A DNA stretch of 64,000 nucleotides from an uncultured Vampirovibrionales bacterium (GTDB lineage Bacteria > Cyanobacteriota > Vampirovibrionia > Vampirovibrionales > Vampirovibrionaceae), in assembly GCA_964390635.1 (NCBI GenBank), contig CAYMIG010000004.1, positions 69,439 to 133,438 of the forward strand, read 5' to 3'. The notes under the pieces were generated by a model, which was not told where the DNA came from, searched no databases, and saw only the letters and a program-made list of their open reading frames with translations. Made by a program: the position numbers and the translations under genes. Position 1 is the first letter of the stretch, and each line of letters starts with the position of its first letter. Below, one piece after another: positions 28,385 through 37,122 of the stretch.

Positions 28385-30394
28385 GTGATGAATGTCCTTC
28401 ATCCGGCAGCCCGTCAGTTAACTGCCGTCACGCCCGTCCCCCGGTTCCGGGGCAACCCTGCCCAGCCGCTCCAGCCCGGAGCGGTCTCCCAGGCAGCCGC
28501 CGCCCCCGAACGGGTTCTGGCAACCCTCGGCGCCCACCAGGCCTATGCCGCCCCGCAAATCCAGTTTGCAAGCCGCATGCCCCGGTTCGGCAACCAGCAG
28601 GACGCGCAGTTTGACTACGGCGACGATGAGATGCGGGACTTCTACCTGAACAACGATCCGCGTCATTCCCCGCGCTGGCTGGCGGCCAACGCGGATGCGG
28701 ATCGCCTGCTGGCCGCCATGCAGGCCAAGGGCATCACCCCGGAGGATACCGTGTTCATGATTGCCAGCCCGGCCAAGCTGTTGCAGGTGGCCGCCCGTGG
28801 CCTGCCCAACATGCCCCCGGACTGGATCCATGGCATGAGCCTGTATGACCTGATGCAGAACGAGACCCATGGCCTGGGCCATATCTACGAACTGGTGCTC
28901 TCCACCAAGCCGTCGGTGGCCTACCTGCTGAACACCAACACCCCGCTTGAAACCCGGTTGGTGATTGCCCACGTATACGGCCATACCAGCTTTTCCCGCA
29001 TGAACAAGCTGTTCCGGGATACCCGCCCGGATGAAATCCTGCACATCGTGGGTGAGCAGCGCAACGTGACCCGGGATCTGCTGGGGGACATGACCATTCC
29101 CCGCGACCCCGACAGCCAGCGCAACCCGGTGAAGGAGTTCATGAACAAGGTGCACTCCATCGACATGCTGATTGACCTGGGGGCAGAACGCCATCCCATC
29201 CAGGACTTCGGCATTACCGAATACGTGCCGGCCTTGCACCAGGAAAAAGCCGGGGATCGCAAGGACGCGCCCCCGCCGCGCACCCTGGATCCCAAGGATC
29301 GTTACCTCTACTCCGACGAGGAGTGGACCGAGATGGAAAAACAATTGCGCCGGGAAAACACCCCCCGCCGCAAGAAGTTCCCCACCGGCATCGATCGCGA
29401 CATCCTGGGCTTCCTGGCCAAGCACTCCCCGGTGCTGGCCCCCTGGCAGCGGCAGATTCTGCAAATGCAGCGGGAACGCAGCTACTTCTTCTCGCCCATT
29501 ATGCGCACCAAGATTATGAACGAGGGCTGGGCCTCCTTCTGGCACACCAAGCTGCTGCAGGAAGATCCGGAAACCAACCTGGACGACGCCTCGGAACTGG
29601 CGGCGGTTAATGCCGGGGTGATTGCCCCCTCGCGGCAAAGCCTCAACCCCTACTGGCTGGGCTTCAACATCTGGCAAGACCTCTACATCAAGGCGGGTTT
29701 GGGACTGCCCCTGGACGAGGACACCCCGCCGCAATTCATCCACGAAACCATGACCAGCATCCGTACCAAGCCGGGCTTCGACGAGGCCCGGGCCATCCAG
29801 ACCCTGGCCAAGGTGGTGGAGAACGAGGAAGACTTCACCTTTATCGAGAAGTACCTCACCCCGGATCTGTGCGAGAAGCTCAAGCTCTACACCATCGAAA
29901 CCCAGGAAAACCCCTATGCCCACTATTATGGCGGGCCTCGGGAATACCAGTACATCAAGTCCAAGCAGGCCGAGGAAGTCCGCGGCGCCATCCTGGAAGG
30001 GTTGCGTTACGGCGGGCGTCCCCAGCTGGAAGTGGTGGACGGCAACTTCGAGGACAACGGGGAGTTGCTCATCAACCACAGCTACTCCTCCGACGCCCTG
30101 AACGTGGCCCACACCAAGAAGACCTTGCAGATCCTGGCCTCGATGTGGGGACGTCCGGTGCATATCGATACCTATATCCCGGAAGAGGACGAAGAAGACG
30201 ATTACGACCCCTACCGGGGCCGCTTTGGCATCCCGCCCACGCAGCCTCCGGAGCCAAAGCCCAAGAAGGAGCCGGAACTGGTGGCGGTGCGCTATACCGC
30301 CGATCCCAAGACCGGCGAGGTACGGACCTTCTTGCGGGAAGATCGCAAGGCCACCCGTCGCATTACCGTCAATGAAGACGGCACCATCAGTTAG
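28385..30394 (+). CDS. spoVR: SpoVR/YcgB-family protein with an N-terminal extension
   Basis: IYELVLSTKPSVAYLLNTNTPLETRLVIAHVYGHTSF, MNEGWASFWHTKLL and NPYWLGFNIWQD are family hallmarks. 25-nt gap after prkA. Confidence 0.9.
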   Translation: MMNVLHPAARQLTAVTPVPRFRGNPAQPLQPGAVSQAAAAPERVLATLGAHQAYAAPQIQFASRMPRFGNQQDAQFDYGDDEMRDFYLNNDPRHSPRWLAANADADRLLAAMQAKGITPEDTVFMIASPAKLLQVAARGLPNMPPDWIHGMSLYDLMQNETHGLGHIYELVLSTKPSVAYLLNTNTPLETRLVIAHVYGHTSFSRMNKLFRDTRPDEILHIVGEQRNVTRDLLGDMTIPRDPDSQRNPVKEFMNKVHSIDMLIDLGAERHPIQDFGITEYVPALHQEKAGDRKDAPPPRTLDPKDRYLYSDEEWTEMEKQLRRENTPRRKKFPTGIDRDILGFLAKHSPVLAPWQRQILQMQRERSYFFSPIMRTKIMNEGWASFWHTKLLQEDPETNLDDASELAAVNAGVIAPSRQSLNPYWLGFNIWQDLYIKAGLGLPLDEDTPPQFIHETMTSIRTKPGFDEARAIQTLAKVVENEEDFTFIEKYLTPDLCEKLKLYTIETQENPYAHYYGGPREYQYIKSKQAEEVRGAILEGLRYGGRPQLEVVDGNFEDNGELLINHSYSSDALNVAHTKKTLQILASMWGRPVHIDTYIPEEDEEDDYDPYRGRFGIPPTQPPEPKPKKEPELVAVRYTADPKTGEVRTFLREDRKATRRITVNEDGTIS

Positions 30395-30416
30395 TAGGTT
30401 GGAGCCAGGGAAGAAG

Positions 30417-31916
30417 ATGACAGAAATCAAGCACAATCCAGCGCAAGCCCTGTTGGGACGGCTCCCGGTGGCCGGTATCCGCCAGAGCCAGCAACCCCTG
30501 TTCGCCGGGGTGCGCTTTAATGCCGGCCCGACCGCCGATACCTTGCAGTTGTCCCGTCCGGCCCGCCCGCCCCAGTTTGGCGGCCTGCCCTGGATGACCC
30601 GCAATCCCATGTTTTCGCCCTCGCACCTGCAGGCCACCGAGGCTGACTTTGGCGACCTGCGCCGGCATGATCCCGATCTCGACGAGTGGATGGACATGCT
30701 GGACGGCAAGACCACCGAGGATTACCTGCTGGATCAGATTGTCAACGACAACATCCAGGTGGATTCCGACGGCAGCATTGTCATTAACAAGCCCCGCATC
30801 GATATCCCCATCATCCACCACGGCAACAAGTCCGGTGGCGGCGGTGGTGGCGTCGGCGCCGGGGAAGGGGAGGAAGGCGATCCGGTCAATGGCCAGCCGG
30901 GTGAAGAGCCCGGGGAAGGCAGCGAGGCCGGTAAAGACAAAGGGAACCCACCTTTGAAGCCCTGGCAGCAAAGATTCTCGCCCTCCGAAATTGCCCGCCT
31001 GGTGGGCAGCCAGTTTGGCCTGCCCTTTATGCGCCCCTCCGACGGGGAGTCCAACCGGGTGCGGGTGACCAAGGACGCCACCAAGGAAGTGCCGCCCGGC
31101 GACCTGCACCGCAAGAAAACCTTCCGTAACGCCGTGCGCCGGGTGGTGGGCGGCGCCATCGCCCAGGGCGAGCAGCCCGACTTCAGCGAGGTCTTCCCGA
31201 TCCGTCCCGACCGGGTGTACAAGGCCATCGAGCATGAGCCCCAGCCCAACCTGAAGGTGGCGGTCATCTACGTGGCCGACGTGTCCGGCTCCGTGGACGA
31301 GAACCTGCGAACCTTCACCCGCAACGCCAACCGCTTTGTGTCCTACCCGCTGAAGTACAAGTACGGCCAGCTGGCCGCCGAGCTGGCGGGCGAGGACTAC
31401 TCCGACGCCGAATTCTTTGGCAAAGACGGTACCGAGGAAGGTGGCCTGAAAGAGCGCTTCATCGTCTACACCACCGAGGCCAACGAAACCACCGAGGAGG
31501 ACTTCTACAAAACCACCCAGAGCGGCGGCACGCAGTGTTCCTCCGGCTTCAAGAAGGCCCAGGAGATTATCGAGGAAGAATACCCGCCCTCCGATGGCTG
31601 GAACGTGTATGTGTACCATTTCTCCGATGGCGACAACTGGGGCGACGACAACGCCCAGTCCGTGAAGATCATGAAAGAGATGATCAGCAGCGGCGTGCGC
31701 TACATCGGCAGCGTGGATCTGGGGAAACCCAACAACCGGCCCAGCAACTTCCGCAGCGGCATCGATGGCGCCTTCAAGGGCGATCCGCATGTGGGCACCA
31801 TCGGCGTGCCGCGCAAGGGCCAATACAGCCTGGATGACTATAAGGGCGTAATCTCTACGTTCCTGCCCCCGCAAAAAGAGGAACCCGAATGGTATGATAC
31901 CGACGTCGCTGCCTAA
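30417..31916 (+). CDS. yeaH: YeaH/YhbH-family (DUF444, vWA-like) protein with an N-terminal extension
   Basis: Start chosen at the ATG with GGAG 12 nt upstream. HHGNKSGGGGGGVGAGEGEEG, VIYVADVSGSVDE (MIDAS-like), VYVYHFSDGDNWGDDN. Confidence 0.88.
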   Translation: MTEIKHNPAQALLGRLPVAGIRQSQQPLFAGVRFNAGPTADTLQLSRPARPPQFGGLPWMTRNPMFSPSHLQATEADFGDLRRHDPDLDEWMDMLDGKTTEDYLLDQIVNDNIQVDSDGSIVINKPRIDIPIIHHGNKSGGGGGGVGAGEGEEGDPVNGQPGEEPGEGSEAGKDKGNPPLKPWQQRFSPSEIARLVGSQFGLPFMRPSDGESNRVRVTKDATKEVPPGDLHRKKTFRNAVRRVVGGAIAQGEQPDFSEVFPIRPDRVYKAIEHEPQPNLKVAVIYVADVSGSVDENLRTFTRNANRFVSYPLKYKYGQLAAELAGEDYSDAEFFGKDGTEEGGLKERFIVYTTEANETTEEDFYKTTQSGGTQCSSGFKKAQEIIEEEYPPSDGWNVYVYHFSDGDNWGDDNAQSVKIMKEMISSGVRYIGSVDLGKPNNRPSNFRSGIDGAFKGDPHVGTIGVPRKGQYSLDDYKGVISTFLPPQKEEPEWYDTDVAA

Positions 31917-34446
31917 ATTCCAAAGCCTCGCTCCCGCCGCCAAGCATTTGCCAATGGCCCTGCCGGCGCCTTCCGCCCAGCAGCTTCCAGTGTTCGGTGC
32001 CTCGGACTCCGCCCAGGCACCCTCCAGCAAGCTGCTGCAGGCCTATGCCGGGGTGCGCTTTGCCGGCACCGAGAGCGCCCTGCCGCCGGATCGCATGACC
32101 TTCGACGAGTTCATGGCCATGGTCAAGGAGGACCCCAAGAAATACATTCCCACCGCCCGCCAGTACTTTGTCAGCGGCCTGCAGTCCTGGGGCACCCACA
32201 AGGAAGAGGTGCTGGGCGAAGAGGTGAACGTGTACGACTTCCCCACCCGGCCCTGGACGCCGCCCAGCGTGCAGGACAAGGATGAATTCTACGGCCAGGA
32301 GCTGGTCATCAACCAGATCGTGGAAACCCTGAACAAGCTCTCCAAGAGCCGCACCCCGTATCTCATCCAGCTGGTGGGCCCCAACGGGGTGGGCAAGAGC
32401 CAGCTGCTCAGCGTGATGCAGGAAGCCATGGAAGTGTTCTCCAGGCAGCCCGGTGGCGAGCGCTACACGTTCAGCGTGATTGTGGCCGACCGCAAGAAAG
32501 GCACCCCGGTGGCCTTCCCCACCATGGCTTCGGCTGGGGCCAAGAAGAAATCCTCCCTGCCCAAGGAATCCGAAATCAGCTTCCGCCTGCCTTCGCCGCT
32601 GGCCGTCAACCCGCTGTTCCTGCTGACCGAGCACGAGCGCAGCGCCCTCATCCAGGAGCTCAAGGCTAAGGGCAAGCTGGACAAGGACGAAAACTTCGAC
32701 TTCTTCATCAAGGGCGGCGCCCTGGACAAGCGTTCCCAGAAAGCCATCGATGCCTTGCGCCGGGCTTATGACGGGGACATGGACAAGGTCTTCCGGGAGC
32801 ACATCCAGGTGGAGCGCTACGACTTCCCCCGGGTGATTATTCCGGCTGGCGAAAACCCGCATGCCCAGGTGCAGCACCTGGGTGGTGAAGTCACCTGGCG
32901 TAGCGCCCCGCAATCCATTGTCAACTCGGGCGCCTTGTTCGAGTACATGGGGTACCTGCCCCGGGCCAACGGCGGCATGATCAACATCGACGACATGGGC
33001 CGGGATCGCCGGGCCGATTATGCCTACCTGCTGGAAACCGCCCAGACCGGTAAGCTGATGCTGCATTCGCCGGTGGACGGCAGTATCGAGGAGCCGGTGG
33101 ATATCATCTTCTTCTCTACCGCCAACCCCGATGGCCTGAACATGCTGGCCCAGCAAGGTAACTTCCGGGCCCTGAAGGAGCGCATCATCACCATTGCCAT
33201 GCCGCATGAGCGGCGCTTCCAGAACGAGGCCAAGGTACACGCCTCCCTGTTCCGGCAGGCCGAGCAAAATGGCCGCAAGATTGCCCCGCATGTGCAGGAC
33301 ATTTACGCCCTGTGGGCCACCATGACCCGCCTGCTGCCCGCGGATCCGGCCTCCCCGGACTACCGCAACCTGCAGGACTCCGACAAGTTCAAGCGGGCCC
33401 TGGTCAAGCTGGATCCCCTGAAAAAGGCCCTGCTGTACCAGGGGGTGGAAGACCTGAATGCCGCGGAAACCAACCCCGACGCCGCCGGTTACCTCACCCC
33501 CTCCGAACAGTCCCTGTTGCGCCGCAACCTGCGGGTGATTGCCAGCGAGCACCAGCAGAGCGTGGGTGAAACCAACTATACCCATTACGAAGGCGGGCTG
33601 GGGGTTTCCGCCCGTGACGGCGACAAAATCCTGGTGCCCCAGATTATTGATGCTCACAAAGGCCAGCCCCTGACCGTGCTGGACGTGTTCGAGACCCTGG
33701 CCAAGTACATCAAGTCCGAGCCCCTGTGGATGTCCGAGCGCCACAAGTTCCTGGGCGACTACTTCAAGGATGCCAAGGGCCAGGTGGATCAGACGCTCAT
33801 GAAGCGCGCGATGCCGTCCGAGGTGGAACTGCTGAAGCTGGCCGAAGACTACGCCCGCCGCCAGTTCAAGCAGGAAGTGCGCGAGGCGGTGGAAGTGTAC
33901 CAGACCGAGGACGCCCATATCCGCACCATCCAGAAATACCTGGAGCACGTGCGGGCGGCGACCGCCACCGAGGCGGAAGAAAAAGAGGTGAGCCCGGAAT
34001 TCCGCGACGATCCCAACAAGAAAGAGCCCAACCAGAAGTTCATGCGCGACATCGAGGACGTGTTCGGCATTTCCCACACCCCCGAGGACCGTACCCGCAT
34101 CCGGGCACGCCTGACCGGCTGGAACCGCGCCGAGAACCCGGCCCAGAACATCAAGCGGCTGTTTGAAAACGAGCTGAACAAGATGCGCAAGTACGACGAA
34201 ATCACATACAACGAGCGCATCCTGCAATTCCTGCGCGACACGGCCATGCTGCAAACCAACCCAGGCATCCTGGAGCGGGAAGCCGCCGAAGTGACCGAGC
34301 GCAAAGAGCAGATCGATCGCATGCACACTGCGGTGGCCCGCCTGGGGGCCATCGGCTACCCCGCCGAATCGCTGCCCAAGCTGCTGGGTTGGGCCTTTGG
34401 CAAGGGTTACATTTCCGATGAAAGCCTGGAGGTATACGGTTCATGA
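31894..34446 (+). CDS. PrkA/YeaG-family AAA+ protein (divergent paralog 2) with an N-terminal extension
   Basis: Walker A LVGPNGVGKSQL. ANGGMINIDDMGRDRRADYAYLLETAQTGK. Its start overlaps the yeaH-like stop by 23 nt (an alternative ATG lies about 60 nt downstream). Confidence 0.88.
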   Translation: MIPTSLPKFQSLAPAAKHLPMALPAPSAQQLPVFGASDSAQAPSSKLLQAYAGVRFAGTESALPPDRMTFDEFMAMVKEDPKKYIPTARQYFVSGLQSWGTHKEEVLGEEVNVYDFPTRPWTPPSVQDKDEFYGQELVINQIVETLNKLSKSRTPYLIQLVGPNGVGKSQLLSVMQEAMEVFSRQPGGERYTFSVIVADRKKGTPVAFPTMASAGAKKKSSLPKESEISFRLPSPLAVNPLFLLTEHERSALIQELKAKGKLDKDENFDFFIKGGALDKRSQKAIDALRRAYDGDMDKVFREHIQVERYDFPRVIIPAGENPHAQVQHLGGEVTWRSAPQSIVNSGALFEYMGYLPRANGGMINIDDMGRDRRADYAYLLETAQTGKLMLHSPVDGSIEEPVDIIFFSTANPDGLNMLAQQGNFRALKERIITIAMPHERRFQNEAKVHASLFRQAEQNGRKIAPHVQDIYALWATMTRLLPADPASPDYRNLQDSDKFKRALVKLDPLKKALLYQGVEDLNAAETNPDAAGYLTPSEQSLLRRNLRVIASEHQQSVGETNYTHYEGGLGVSARDGDKILVPQIIDAHKGQPLTVLDVFETLAKYIKSEPLWMSERHKFLGDYFKDAKGQVDQTLMKRAMPSEVELLKLAEDYARRQFKQEVREAVEVYQTEDAHIRTIQKYLEHVRAATATEAEEKEVSPEFRDDPNKKEPNQKFMRDIEDVFGISHTPEDRTRIRARLTGWNRAENPAQNIKRLFENELNKMRKYDEITYNERILQFLRDTAMLQTNPGILEREAAEVTERKEQIDRMHTAVARLGAIGYPAESLPKLLGWAFGKGYISDESLEVYGS

Positions 34447-35504
34447 CATCCATTACCCGCTTCGGGCAGCTTCCCTCGCTTCGTCAACCTGCCGTAAAGT
34501 TCGCCCAGGCTTTGCCTGTGGCCGCTGCCCCTGCCGAGGGCACCCCGGCAGCGACCCCGGCGCCGGTGGGATCCGCCGAACTGACCGCGGCGCTGAAGGC
34601 CCGCAACAATATCGTCCATCTGCCTACCTTTGCCGGTCAGGCGGTGCGCTTTGGTGCCGAACGCCTGCATATCAGCCAGCGGGCCGGTCACCCGGTCTTC
34701 ATCGCCCCCGGCTACGAGGACCAGTACATGGCTGCCCTGGAGCAGGAGATTGCCGGCAAGCGCCAGGCGCCCCAGATGGCCGGGGTAGTGGAGGAGATCG
34801 ACGGCCAGAAAATGATGGTGGATCTCGATACCCACTTCTTCAACCAGGGCATCGTGTCGGTGGAAGGCCCGGTGACCGATGGCATGGCCGCGATGCTCAC
34901 CCGCCAGATCCGTTACCTGGTCAGCAAACGCCAGGCCGAGTCCAGCAACGAGCCCATCCTGATGACCATCAACAGCCCGGGGGGATCCATGTTCGCCATG
35001 AACGCCATTACGGACGCCATGGAAAACGCCCGCCGCACCGAGGTTAACGGTGAGCCGCTCAAAATCATCGCCACCATCACCGGCATGGCGGCCAGCGCGG
35101 GTTCCATCATCGCCGCCACCGCATCAGAAGTGTACATGACCCCCAACGCCATGTATATGCTGCATGCCCCCATTTCCGGTACCCAGGGCGAGTACCACGG
35201 CATGGTGCAGTCCATGAAGCTGACCCAGCGCCTGTGGCAAAAGGCCCTGGACATCTACCGCAAGAAGATGGGCTACAAGCAGTCCGATCTGGCCAAGTGG
35301 ACCCAGATCGGGGAGCGCTGGCTGGATCCCTACCAGGCCATGAAAGTGGGCCTGTGTGAGGGCATTATGGATTCCTACGACCATATTATCCCGCGGGAAG
35401 AGGCCCTGGGCCTTTCCAAGCCCTTCGAAAAGGGCAAGACCGACCTGTTCGAAGTGGATCCTGCCCACAAGGACGATCTGGTGGCCGAGGACCGGGACGT
35501 TTAG
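34443..35504 (+). CDS. Clp/S49-fold serine protease-like protein with N- and C-terminal extensions
   Basis: ATGA overlap with the preceding stop. ILMTINSPGGSMFAMNAI, TGMAASAGSIIAA (nucleophile Ser), AMYMLHAPISG (His). By-eye alignment to ClpP places Glu (GERW) where the Asp normally sits. Confidence 0.8.
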   Translation: MTSITRFGQLPSLRQPAVKFAQALPVAAAPAEGTPAATPAPVGSAELTAALKARNNIVHLPTFAGQAVRFGAERLHISQRAGHPVFIAPGYEDQYMAALEQEIAGKRQAPQMAGVVEEIDGQKMMVDLDTHFFNQGIVSVEGPVTDGMAAMLTRQIRYLVSKRQAESSNEPILMTINSPGGSMFAMNAITDAMENARRTEVNGEPLKIIATITGMAASAGSIIAATASEVYMTPNAMYMLHAPISGTQGEYHGMVQSMKLTQRLWQKALDIYRKKMGYKQSDLAKWTQIGERWLDPYQAMKVGLCEGIMDSYDHIIPREEALGLSKPFEKGKTDLFEVDPAHKDDLVAEDRDV

Positions 35505-35583
35505 CCCCCTCTCCAAAAAGCCTGAAATATGCAAAATGCGCCTGCCCACCGGCAGGCGCATTGCGTTTGGGGGGCGGCCCCGC

Positions 35584-36018
35584 CTACTTGCGCATCATCT
35601 TGCGCACTTCGCCAATGTGCATCTCTTCCTCAGCCACCATGCGCCGGGCGTATTCCTCGATCATCACCGATTTGTCCTTGACCAGATCCAGTAATTGCTG
35701 GTACAGGTGCAGCTGCTGGGTTTCGTGCTCCAGGGACTCTTCCAGGATGCTGAAGATGTCGTGCTTGTGGGTTTCCAGCAGTTGCCCAATGCCCAGCGAG
35801 GGGTGCTCGCCAAGATGCGTGATGAGCTCCCCGGCTTCCTGGGCATGGGTCAGGGACTCGGTGCCCTGTCCCCGCAGCCAGGAGGTGATGGGGATGCGGT
35901 TGGGGCCGAAAACCATAAACGAGTAATGGGTGTAGCGTACCACCCCGGCCAGTTCCATTTCCAGAATCCGGTTCAGTACGTCCAAGACTTTCGCGGTGTC
36001 CAATTTGGCGTCGCTCAT
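35584..36018 (-). CDS. ferritin-like / bacterioferritin-family protein
   Basis: VLDVLNRILEMELAGVVRYTHYSF, ESLTHAQEAGELITHLGE, EESLEHETQQLHLYQQLL, MVAEEEMHIGEVRK are four-helix-bundle di-iron ligand patterns (E, ExxH). Confidence 0.85.
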   Translation of the reverse strand: MSDAKLDTAKVLDVLNRILEMELAGVVRYTHYSFMVFGPNRIPITSWLRGQGTESLTHAQEAGELITHLGEHPSLGIGQLLETHKHDIFSILEESLEHETQQLHLYQQLLDLVKDKSVMIEEYARRMVAEEEMHIGEVRKMMRK

Positions 36019-36201
36019 CCGATATGCCCCTCCGTGGCTCGATTGGTTATGGATACGCGCCTATTATGGCACAAGCCGGGGGGTTCATCCAAAACCCCAG
36101 CCAGAACGCCATGGGGAGCCGCATGGCAATTCCTGTTGATTGCTTGTTTTTATTTTAATAGTTCTGAGTATTGCGTCAGCAAGTTAGGGTATGAGGTGGG
36201 A

Positions 36202-37074
36202 ATGGTTTCACCAAGCGGTTTTGGCATGTCCCCGTTCCAGATGATGCCCATGATGGGTGCATCGCCCATGGGCTTTTCCGGCAGTCCCATGGCAAGCCCG
36301 GGGATGGGAATGGCGTCTCCCTTTGGCTTTGGCCAGAATATGGCCCAGCCGGGCGGTGGCATGGGGCAGGGGGATCCTGCCCAGATGATGTTTCAGATGA
36401 TGGGCATGATGATGATGATGATGATGTCCTTCATGATGATGCTGATGTCTATGTTGCAGCAGTCGGGGCAATCCCCGGGTAGCCCGGGCGGCCTGGCGGA
36501 CATGAACGTCCCGGGTGAGCGCCTTGGCAACGGCGGTGGCGGAGGCGGTGAAGGCGGCGGAGGCGGTAACTTTGCGGCCCTTAGCGATCGCGCGGTGCCC
36601 ACCACCCTGGAAAGCATGAATGTCGGCAACAACGCCGACCTGCGTAACAGCCTGGCGGCCATCGCCGAGGATCCTGACGGGGCCCGCTTGCTGGAGGCGG
36701 TACAGGCCAAGGGCATCCGTATTCGGGTGGGCGATCCGGGCGGCCCCGAGGTGCAAGGCCTCTTTACCGGTAACGAGATTATCGTGCGGGATCCCCGCAA
36801 CGTCAAAACCCTGGTGCACGAGATGGTGCATGCCGCCACCAATGGGGATGGCAACTCCAAAAGTGAGGAAGGTCGCGCCGACGTGATTGGTACCCGGGTG
36901 GCCCGCCGCATTGCCCAGAAGGAAGGCCTCGATCCGGGCAGCATTGGCGCCCGGGAGGGATCGGACCAGCACATCTTCGAAACCAAGAAGCAGGTGGACG
37001 GCTACCGTGGCCTTTCTGAGGAGAATGGCTCCCGGCAGACCCTGGCCCACCTGGGGGTGCAGGTGAACGTTTAG
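36202..37074 (+). CDS. Met/Gly-rich (harpin-like) N-terminal module fused to an HExxH zincin-like domain
   Basis: GAGGTGGG immediately precedes the ATG. N-terminus SPFQMMPMMGASPMGFSGSPM...MMFQMMGMMMMMMMSFMMMLMSMLQQ, then GNGGGGGGEGGGGGN. C-terminal VKTLVHEMVHAATNGDG. No signal peptide. Confidence 0.7.
   Translation: MVSPSGFGMSPFQMMPMMGASPMGFSGSPMASPGMGMASPFGFGQNMAQPGGGMGQGDPAQMMFQMMGMMMMMMMSFMMMLMSMLQQSGQSPGSPGGLADMNVPGERLGNGGGGGGEGGGGGNFAALSDRAVPTTLESMNVGNNADLRNSLAAIAEDPDGARLLEAVQAKGIRIRVGDPGGPEVQGLFTGNEIIVRDPRNVKTLVHEMVHAATNGDGNSKSEEGRADVIGTRVARRIAQKEGLDPGSIGAREGSDQHIFETKKQVDGYRGLSEENGSRQTLAHLGVQVNV
36406..36426 (+). repeat. (ATG)7 trinucleotide microsatellite encoding Met7
   Basis: catgatgatgatgatgatgatgtcc read directly; more ATG-rich sequence follows (ttcatgatgatgctgatg). 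Confidence 0.95.
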
Positions 37075-37122
37075 ACGCCCCCAACCGCCCCCGATGGGCG
37101 GGCCGAGGGCCGTTTTGGTTCA

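Noticed and set aside
35695-36201. Upstream in-frame extension of the HExxH gene ORF (459 aa in the ORF track), including an ATG near 36050.
   Set aside because: The extension runs antisense through the well-supported ferritin-like gene and then through an AT-rich promoter-like stretch. The ATG at 36202 has an adjacent GAGGTGGG ribosome-binding site.
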